Source of the DNA: Basidiobolus meristosporus CBS 931.73
Taxonomy: Eukaryota > Fungi > Basidiobolomycota
Reading direction: 5' to 3'
Assembly (NCBI GenBank): GCA_002104905.1
Contig: MCFE01000493.1
Coordinates: 1 to 64,000 of the forward strand
DNA: 64,000 bases
Shown piece after piece: positions 36,369-45,493 of the stretch. The translations under genes were made by a program, and so were the position numbers. The stretch's first letter is position 1. The number at the start of each line of letters is the position of its first letter. The notes below the pieces were generated by a model. That model saw only the letters and a list, made by a program, of their open reading frames with translations, was not told the origin of the DNA and made no database searches.

Positions 36369-37735
36369 ATGCGTATATCTTCTCTCTTTTTCGCTTTATT
36401 CGCCACTGAGGGGTTGTTGGCGGCTCCAGTGACCGAGTTTCTGGCTCGGCCTATTCGTTATGACAACCATAAACTGCTTCAGGTGAGGCGCTCGGGTACT
36501 TTGCTTGAAATTGTTAACAAGAACGACCTGGATGTCTGGCACAGGTCTGCCAGTGTTTTACATATTCGAGTGTCTCCCAAACAGTTCGAATCGCTGAGTG
36601 GGCTTGAATCAATAATACTAGACGAGAATATACAGAGGAGTATTGATGAAGAAACTGAGGTCTTGAAGCAAGCCTCGCTGGTGAAGCGTGCTGTTGATGA
36701 TGCCACTTGGTTTCAAAGCTATCATACATTTGCTGACATAGTCCAATGGTTGCAGCAGCTCTCGAAAAAATACCCAGATCTGGTCACCTATGTGCCATCC
36801 ATTGGCAAGACCACCCTGGGTAAGGACATCCCAGCCTTGAGGATTACCAGCAAGAACGGAGGAGAAAAGAAGAAGATCTGGTTCCAGGGACTTCAACATG
36901 CCAGAGAATGGATCGCTACCACGACCATGCAGTACCTGGCTGACGGACTCGCCTCAGGGTACGCCACCGACTCTGACATCAAGGGAATCCTTGACGCAGC
37001 CGAGATCATCATCATTCCAGTATCGAATCCAGATGGGTACGAATATACCTGGAACGGGGATCGTCTATGGAGAAAGAACCGTCGCAACAATGGTGGTGGA
37101 GTGTATGGTGTTGATTTGGTAAGCACGCAACCAAATTTATTACCGAATGTTCCCTGAATGCTGTGGAATCCGTTACTGATTCCCGGCCATTTCTATTTTA
37201 GAACCGTAACTGGCCTGATCATTGGAACCAAGGGGGCTCCTCCAAGGACCCCAGTGATGAGACTTTCATGGGACCATCAGGTGGCAGTGAGCCAGAGGTG
37301 AAGGCATTGATTAACTACTTTTTGCAACAGAAAAATGTTGTTGGGGCCATCGATTACCATTCTTATGGTGAGCTGATCATGTGGCCATATGGCTGGACTA
37401 CGTCTAAGGTTGCCAAGAATACTGAATATGCCGCACTTGGCAAGGCCATGAAGAGTGCGATCCGAACTGTCAATACTAGTGAGAGATACACCACACAACA
37501 AATCAGTGATTTGTATGTGGCCTCAGGCAGCTCCTCCGACTGGTTCTACGGTGAGCAAGTTGCTCAAGCGCAAGGATTCCGTAGCACTTCGATTGCGGTC
37601 GAGCTCTCACCCCCCTCGGCGAGACGGGGATTAGGATTCATACTACCTCCGGAGGAAATCATTCCTGTCGGTAATGAAACCCTCGCAGCAGCCAAGGTAT
37701 TCATCAGCAATGTATTGAATGAACCTATCAATTAA
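36369..37735 (+). CDS. Secreted M14A zinc carboxypeptidase, paralog 3 (near-identical core to paralog 1); 2 exons
   Basis: Same motifs and intron position as 16006-17387. Confidence 0.95.
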
Positions 37736-37831
37736 GTTTCCACACGTTTGAAAAAACATGAATCTTGGAATCACAAGAGAGGCGGGAAAGTAAACAGATT
37801 TAGACATTCAGTTGTTGTAAATGTATACAAT

Positions 37832-38010
37832 ATGAGTTGTCGTGGACAATAATAACTCGCGCGAAATATTCGACCACGAATTTCAGATGCCCCAACATTG
37901 ATATAATGTACCATGGAAGGAGCGAAGCCATTGAACGGCCATCCCCATATTTGCACATATATTGGATAGTTGGAGTCGATTTAATCAAATATGACTAAAC
38001 AAACTTCCAT
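37832..38010 (-). ncRNA. Unknown ~179-nt structured RNA, copy 4
   Basis: Matches copy 2 by eye; convergent with carboxypeptidase 3. Confidence 0.62.
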
Positions 38011-38034
38011 ACGGACATCCAAACAAGTTGCGGA

Positions 38035-38075
38035 TATTTATTAGGACGATCGCCTCAGTGGGACGCCATTTATTC
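38035..38075 (-). promoter_or_regulatory. Putative promoter of ncRNA copy 4
   Basis: Minus strand: GAATAAATGGCGTCCCACTGA (TCCCA at -53) and AATAAATA at -32 to -25. Confidence 0.62.
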
Positions 38076-38272
38076 ATGATCGGTTAGGGTAAAATATTCA
38101 TCTATTGACAGATTCGGGGGTAGCGGTTCCTTGGTGATTATGAGATTTAACATCAAGTCAGCTCTATTTACAGTAATGTATCACCCATCTCTTTGCTTGG
38201 AGGTGAGAGAGGAAATGGTCGTATTGGTACAATGGAAGGTTACTAAATATCAAACAAACGGGATGCCAAGTC

Positions 38273-38722
38273 TTAGACTGAAGCTACCCGCAAAGCTAGC
38301 TGATTCTCGATCGCAAAGACTCGAAGCAACTCCCTCTCCGGCAAGGTTCTCTTGGTGTTCGGTTTCCGGTGGTTAATTATATCGACAAGAACGCTACCCT
38401 CCAAGGCAAGCTCCGGAGTGATTCTGGACTTGATTTTATGGGGTCTGCTGACGGTCACCTTAGAAGGTTTTACTATTTGGCGGCTAGAGGGTGGGATAAA
38501 TATACGCGGTGGTTCGTTGAGGGTGGGATACTCGTGATAGGAAAAAGTGGTCATTGGAATGACTACGTCAGGATCGACCGGAGTCCCTTTCTGGATCTCG
38601 GTTTTAAAGCCTCCGCCGAAAGCAAGCTCTTGAGCTACATAAGAAGCTGCGCATTGTGCCACCCGATCAGCTTTTACTTCAAGTTCGGTGGCTCGAAAGG
38701 TTGCGTAGAACGACGAGTTCAT
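38273..38722 (-). CDS. Hypothetical protein (149 aa), possibly truncated
   Basis: ATG-initiated ORF with protein-like composition; no family recognised. Confidence 0.4.
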   Translation of the reverse strand: MNSSFYATFRATELEVKADRVAQCAASYVAQELAFGGGFKTEIQKGTPVDPDVVIPMTTFSYHEYPTLNEPPRIFIPPSSRQIVKPSKVTVSRPHKIKSRITPELALEGSVLVDIINHRKPNTKRTLPERELLRVFAIENQLALRVASV

Positions 38723-39200
38723 TGAGAAAGTTGGGAAATGGAAAAGTGGGAAAAGCGGGAAATTTAGCGATTAGTAATCGTTTGGGTATTTACAGTGAAG
38801 AATCCATTCAAGAACAAGATCCATTGCTTGGCTTTTATTTGCCAAGGGAAACCGGAATAGGCGATGGAGGTTTCATGACGCTTCCCAATCAGACTATCCC
38901 CAATACACCAATGTGCATTCCGGAGATTTTAGCGTATTACTAAACATACCACCCCAGTCATATGGCGGCTGATATATATGGCCATTCATATGATTATTCA
39001 TCGATTGGATTAGTGTACATTGGCTGACTGTTTGGCCAACTATTTGCACTTGCATCCACTGATAATGACCAAAAAAGTCCCTAAACGAAGTTGTTGATCA
39101 ACATGTTCATATCGTTACTGCTTCCGACCGTGATAAGCCCAAAAAGGCTATATCCGCAGATGCCGTTTATTTCAGTGAGCCTTGGTTATCGATCCATTGC

Positions 39201-40484
39201 CTAATTAGCCAACGAGTAGACCATAAGGTTGGGGGAGTTCCCTCTCAATCCCCTAACTACATTACGGGTGGCGCGACTAGTCAACATATTGTAGACTGTT
39301 TGCGGCGAATTGGCCGAGCCCTGGCCCAAGTGTAGTGCGGCAATACCAGCTACGTGGGGGCTAGCCATGCTGGTACCGGATAGACTGCTGCGGGCACTTG
39401 GACTCCCGATGTATGTAGAAAGGATGTTGGAACCAGGTGCTTGAATGTTCACGCATCGACCCCAGTTGCTGTAGTTGGCCAAGTTGTCATAGTAGTCGGT
39501 GGCACCAACAGTGAAGGCGGAACGACTATTAGCCGGCGACACATTACATGCATCTTGAGCTTCATTACCAGCCGCAACAATCACTGGGATCCCTGCTTGA
39601 ACAGCGGCATCCACGGCAGCATTGAGCGCGTTACTATTGCCGCCGCCAAGCGACATATTAATGACACTTCTGCGTCCAGTGGATCTAGCCTGACGAGCGA
39701 CCCAATTGACACCAGCAATAATTCCAGATGTACTGCCGCGACCATCTCTCCCCAAGACCTTGACACCAATTAATCTGACCTTTTTGGCAACACCGTAAGT
39801 ATTGCCGCCAACAATACCTGCTACATGGGTGCCGTGACCATTAAGATCTTCGGCAGGCTCGCCGTTGATGAAGCTTACCGGGAGACTAGCTCTGCCGCCA
39901 AAGTCACTGTGGCGTGTATTGATACCAGTATCAATTACATATACATCAACGCCTTGTCCAGCAGAGTCGGGAAAGTTGTAGGGAGCATTGGGGTTCCGCT
40001 GGCGCTGGGAAACTCTTGCCAGCCCCCAGTTAGGGGAGTTGGTTTGAACCGCGGCCATCGTAAATACCTGCTCCTGCTCTACATACTCAATGTCGGGGTT
40101 GCTACGAAGCGATTTGACCAGATCCTGGCTAAAGGTGCCCGATATGGCTTTATAACGGCCCAAATTGTACTTCTGGAAGATTTTACTGAAGACGTGGGTA
40201 TTATTGCCGCCAGCGGTGCCTTGCGCGCCAAAGATGGAGTTTACCGCGTTATTGAAAGTCGCGACTTTCTCGTGGATCAAGCTGTCGACTGGTGGGGATT
40301 CTACAGGTGAGTTTAATGACTTCGAACATGCAGCCACTGGAATATTACCTTTTTTAACATCGGCGCTGTTATGGAACTTCACAATGTATTTGTTCGGGAT
40401 GAATTGTTGCTTCCCTTCGGTCAATGGCACAGCCAAGAAGATAGCAACAACAACTCCAGAAGCAATAAATTGGAAAGAGACCAT
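39201..40484 (-). CDS. Secreted subtilisin-like serine protease (S8A, proteinase K-like) with I9 propeptide; intronless
   Basis: Signal peptide, YVEQEQ...WGLARV, catalytic VIDTG / HGTHVAG / GTSMASPHVAG. Confidence 0.96.
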   Translation of the reverse strand: MVSFQFIASGVVVAIFLAVPLTEGKQQFIPNKYIVKFHNSADVKKGNIPVAACSKSLNSPVESPPVDSLIHEKVATFNNAVNSIFGAQGTAGGNNTHVFSKIFQKYNLGRYKAISGTFSQDLVKSLRSNPDIEYVEQEQVFTMAAVQTNSPNWGLARVSQRQRNPNAPYNFPDSAGQGVDVYVIDTGINTRHSDFGGRASLPVSFINGEPAEDLNGHGTHVAGIVGGNTYGVAKKVRLIGVKVLGRDGRGSTSGIIAGVNWVARQARSTGRRSVINMSLGGGNSNALNAAVDAAVQAGIPVIVAAGNEAQDACNVSPANSRSAFTVGATDYYDNLANYSNWGRCVNIQAPGSNILSTYIGSPSARSSLSGTSMASPHVAGIAALHLGQGSANSPQTVYNMLTSRATRNVVRGLRGNSPNLMVYSLAN

Positions 40485-41403
40485 GGTTAATCAGACTAGC
40501 TGAGGTAGAATATGGTGTTAGCAGAGGGATACCTGGTCATTTTTATAGCTGATTTCCAAGACGTTGTGTAGTGAGAAGTAATGAAAATGATCGTCACTCA
40601 TTATGCAGTCTTGAATTGCTAGTGCTACAAACAGAATTTAACTCACATATTTGGCGCGATCTATGGGAACTTCGGTCCTATCTGACTTGTGGAACCTTGC
40701 TTCGTTTAGACACTGGTAATCATTCTAGGTAGCGGAGGTTTGCTTTTGAGTAGCAACTATTTTATGCTTTTTTGTGCTTTTTTGTTTATTATTCAATACC
40801 GCTTCGATACACAAAGAACAGGTCGTTTTGAACGGGTCCATAGATTAATAGCCGATCCGAAAGCCGAAAATTGCTTTCCAAACGATTAATCGATTCTCGG
40901 AGGTTTGAAGTGTTGAAAAATTCTCTACAGCAGCGATTCTGCACTCTTCAGTTCAACATGCTCCCAAGTGTCCCAGCTCGTCGCTATACGCATCTTATCT
41001 CGAGGTAATTCCATATTGAAAGGAAGCATCCACCTTTATTGATACTAAGTGGGATTCTACGTAGCCGTGGCGATGCCATACTCGCTATAAGTGCCGGCTG
41101 TTTCTCATACTGGTTATATGAGCGAGACAACCCACGCGAACCTGGTAAAACCCTTTACGAGATGGCCGAGCGTAGAATTCGGAAGTGGAGGCAATAACTC
41201 GCGCTTCTTCACGCTATCCGCGCCCATTCATTAAACGCATTGTCTACGAAATTAGCAGTTAATACGCACCATAATAATATCTCCTTCAACTGCCGACTGC
41301 TTCTCATGATGATACGTACACATATGTCAATCAATTATAGATTGAAGTGAGGACATTTGGTAAACTTTGTCTAACGAAGGAATGGTTATTATAATTCCCC
41401 TAT

Positions 41404-41457
41404 ATTGCTTGCATTGCTTATATTGCTTACATCGCCTACAATGCCTACATCGATTCA
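41404..41457. repeat. Degenerate 9-bp tandem repeat (attgcttac-like, ~6 units)
   Basis: attgcttgc attgcttat attgcttac atcgcctac aatgcctac atcgattca. Confidence 0.75.
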
Positions 41458-41494
41458 ATCTTACTGAGACTCGATCTTCTTGCTGAATGCTATC

Positions 41495-41526
41495 AGGGTT
41501 AGGGTTAGGGTTAGGGTTAGGTTAGG
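41495..41526 (+). repeat. Interstitial telomere-like (TTAGGG)n tract, ~5 units
   Basis: agggttagggttagggttagggttaggttagg. Confidence 0.9.
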
Positions 41527-41682
41527 CCAATGAGAGCCCCCTTTTACGGGATAATATAGCAGTCATCACTGCCCAAGTGCTGGGCTGATGTTTAATTGTG
41601 GTATCTAGTGTTGATAGTAAATATTCTCCTTTCCTGCTGCTATTTAATAAGTGTACTCTCCAGTGGTAGTTTGAAATATATC

Positions 41683-43134
41683 ATGAAACATCGCTTTATT
41701 GCTTGGATATATTTGGGGGCTTTCCCGGTTTCTTTAGCAAGTTATGAGATTGGGGTAAACGAACATTACTGCTCTGCCACGACTCCCACCGCTGAAACGT
41801 ATAGTGTACCTGTAAGGGCTTTGTCAAAGTGTTTCTGTCATTGGGTCGACAGCCGTCTGAGATATTGTTTCTTATCTAGAAGGGCGTTGAATTAAGGCAC
41901 GTTCAAGTCATCGTGCGACATGGTGATCGCACTCCAATCTCCATCTTACCACAGCAGTCGAAATATAACGTTCTATGGAACTGTACCAACGAGGCCCCGG
42001 AATTTAGTTACCTCAAGCTTCAGAATTTCGAAACCAGCCAAACCTACGGTTTGATGCTTGACAATTCTAATGCCAATCCGTTTTCTAAAGAATATATCAC
42101 GGGAACCTGCATGACTGGCCAATTAACCCCCAAGGGGATGCGTCAGCAACAGAATGTGGGTAAGAAATTACGAGAGATTTATGTAGATTTGTTGGGCTAT
42201 CTTCCCAGGACCCTGAACAGAAGAAACCTACAAAAAGCGATTTTTGTGCGCCATACCGAAAAGACGTATGGCACCATTCATCTTATTTGGCTCACTTATC
42301 GTTGGTTAACTTGTACTTCAAACCAGTCGCACAAAGCAAACTGCCATCGCCCTAGTATCTGGGCTGTACCCAAAAGAAAAGTTGCAGGGAAGGCTTGGGA
42401 TCCCTCTTTTCTACCTTCCGGAGCAAATCGAGACTATGATTTATCAATCGGGATTATGCTCCCGTCTTGCCAAGTTGCAGGAGGCAATGCTCAATGAAAA
42501 ACGCTATAATGAATATTGGGGCAGTCAGCAAGAGGTGAAGAAAAAGATGGATGCGATTCTACAGACCACAACTACACCTGCGTATCAAGGCAGGAGTCTG
42601 GTGCGTTACATGGATGCGTTCCGTCCATTGACATGCAACAACTACCCACTACCATGTAGCCTTGATAACAGCAATCAGTGTATTAGTGATGAAATGGCCG
42701 TTCGATCCTTCGTTGGGAACGATTTTGAAGCTGCTTGGACTATGCGAGATTCACCGCTTTCGCATGAAGCCAATCGATTAGGAATCGGCCTCTTTCTGTC
42801 TGAATTGCGACGAAGCATCCATAACTCTCTTGGAAAAGGCCTCAAATCTCCAGCCAAGATGGAGATATTTTCCGGACACGATACTACTGTTCAGCCGATA
42901 CTTGGGGTTTTAAGGGCGGATGATTTTAGATGGCCGCCCTACGCTTCAAGTCTTATCTTTGAGCTTTGGCAAGATAAGCATACTGGTGCTGCCTTCTTGC
43001 GAGTTTTGTATAATGGTGACGTCCTTCGGAGCCCAGTGTGTGACTTTAACCTTTGTCCACTGGAAACCTTCCTAAGTCAAATTGATCACTATATACCACT
43101 GGACATTCTCACTGAATGTAAACAATCATCGTAG
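41683..43134 (+). CDS. Secreted histidine acid phosphatase (3 exons)
   Basis: Signal-like MKHRFIAWIYLGAFPVSLAS, then VQVIVRHGDRTP, GQLT, SGHDTTV, WPPYAS. Confidence 0.92.
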
Positions 43135-43749
43135 CATTAAATTTTGCCCATTTCAACTTTGGTGGTTAGCCTGTAGGCTGGGCGAAATGGAAGTGTCCAC
43201 TGTAGAACCCAAACACTCAGTTCCATTTTCATCTTGGCAAGCTATGGGCTTGATGGGGTAGAAATGGGTGCCAGGTGATGATTTGGAGTTATCAGTGAGT
43301 TTCTTACTTATTAAACATATATATTTGTAATCTGGCCAGATTTGGACAAAAGAAATAATAAGCAGTGTGATTGTGGCTGGCTGATACACTCGATAGAATG
43401 AAAGTGATTGTACTTTTGGTCAAGTTTTGGAAGAGAATATCTTGAGGAAGCCTTGTTCAAAGTTCTTGGTATTTCCAGGAAGCTGGAATCACTGAAGTCC
43501 TGAGAAATACCGTTGCATTCCAAGAATTGGTAAATAGCACACCTACCAATACTTTGAATTAGTAATATGCAAAGTAAGAAGCATATGTTATAAAAATACT
43601 TATAGTACTTCATTAGGTAACACCTTATGAAAAGTACTTCTAACAATTACATCAAAAGACTACCTGAAGGCTGAGATCTTGTGACAAAGAAGCATTGATG
43701 CTCTCTGTATACCATCCAAGTGATGTCAGAATCCAGTGAATAATAGAAG

Positions 43750-43905
43750 TGGTTGGGAGTACAAGTAGATCATGTTACTCTTACCTAATGATTTATCAAA
43801 TGTAAAGGCAGTTTTATAGTTTTAAATGGATTTAGCACATTAAGCACATATTTTATGCCTAGTAGAGTCTCAAGAAAATATGTGCAAAGCTTGTGGGCTT
43901 TTGGA
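43750..43905 (-). repeat. Truncated, decayed family A-like LTR remnant
   Basis: ctaatgatttatcaaatgtaaaggcag...tgtgcaaagc matches LTR blocks; cut by the + strand LTR at ~43906. Confidence 0.55.
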
Positions 43906-45150
43906 GTTGTAAAATTTGTAATTCCACCTAAATATTCACCTAGCTTAGTCAATTAGATCATTACCTTCAAATCCTAAAGAATACTGACCAAACTCCTTGT
44001 TGGGATTTACTTAGAATATTTACCCAGAACTATGAAAATTAGGATAAATTGTCCAAACAGCCCCAAACTTGCACACATGCTCTTGGGACCTTCCTTAACC
44101 TATTCTACGTGTTTGCTAATGCCAAGACCAAGTAAAAGTATAATTATTACTTTTACATTCAATAAATCATTAAGTGAAAAACCACATAATCTACTTGTCT
44201 CCCAATCACTTCCAATATCTCCAAGACTCTTACAACAGGTTATGAGCCCCAAGCTATCACTCTCTGCAATGTCTACTACTGCTATTACTGGAATTTTCCC
44301 TCTGCTGAAAAGTTGGATGGATCTAACCACCAAGTGTGGAAGGAGAAAATGAAGATGCTGCTACAAGAAAGAGGCCTTTGGGATATTGTCATGGGAGAGG
44401 AATGCCCTCCTAGAAATATGGGAGAGGAAGCCTTAAGGTACCAGAAGAAAGAACAATGAGAACTTTTCAATCCAGAGGACTCTACAACTGATGGTTCAGC
44501 CTGAAGCAGTGCCCAGGAATATCCCAGAAGTGATCATTCCAGTATTCAAATGCCAGAAGATCCAACCTGAACAAGAAATAGCCCAAATTACTGTATCAAT
44601 GAGGGTACAAACTTAGCCTATGCCTATTCAGTCCATATTAATGAGCCCAGACTGTAAAAGAGGCCCAAAATAGCCCTCAGACAAAGTTTTGGAGATTTGC
44701 AATGACTGAGGAATATCAGGCCCTGATGGAAAATCAAATTTGGGATGTAGTCAAATTACCAATCAACCAAAAATCAATTGGATGCAGATGGGTCTTCAAG
44801 ACAAAATACAAGGCTGATGCCAAGCAAGACTTGTGGCCAAAGGATACTCTCAAACAAAAGGACCTGACTATACTGAGACCTTTGCACTGGCAGCCAAGTT
44901 TAAATCCATCAAATTTATGTTGGCTATTGCAGCCAAATATATATTTTTTATTCATCAAATGGATGTAAAAACTGCATTTTTGAATGGAGAACTTGATGAA
45001 GATGTGTATATGAACTAGCCTGATGGGTTTGCTGACCAAGATAATCCCCATGGGGTCTGCAAGCTTCAAAGTCTCTATATGGACTCAAACAATCACCAAG
45101 AGCCTGGAATTGCAAGATTTTAACGGAGTTACTTGTTGAGTGTGGAGTTG
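43906..45150 (+). mobile_element. Internally deleted family A copia (LTR 43906-44237, PBS, gag start, RT fragment)
   Basis: LTR, then GGTTATGAGCCCC. gag is fused to the IN/RT junction at ~44456; [14 protein letters not shown] is present, with stops and frameshifts. Confidence 0.88.
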
Positions 45151-45493
45151 GGCTCAATGTTAGTGTAGGGTAAAGGGACTTGTATAGGTCAGTACAATTG
45201 GCAATTGAGGTACAACTGAAGTTTCAACAGAAATAAATCAATTTGTACACATAAAAAGTAAGAAAAATGGTTGTGTCAGGAAGTAAGGAGTGTGAAAAAG
45301 AGGCAATAACCAATCAATGTACACAAATGTAGGAGGTGATCAACTGTCCAGGCTCAGAAAGTGAGCAAATTGGCAGGGAACCAATCAAAAGCCACTAACA
45401 TATTGTTGGGATGAAGAATATTGACCAAGTTTTCTGTGAAATCTGGGTGCAATTACTGTTCAATGGTCTCTGCACAGTGTCTGATGGAATCAG

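Noticed and set aside
41161-41172. GATGGCCGAGCG resembling a tRNA-Leu/Ser D-arm
   Set aside because: No acceptor stem, anticodon arm or GTTCRA T-loop in the context.
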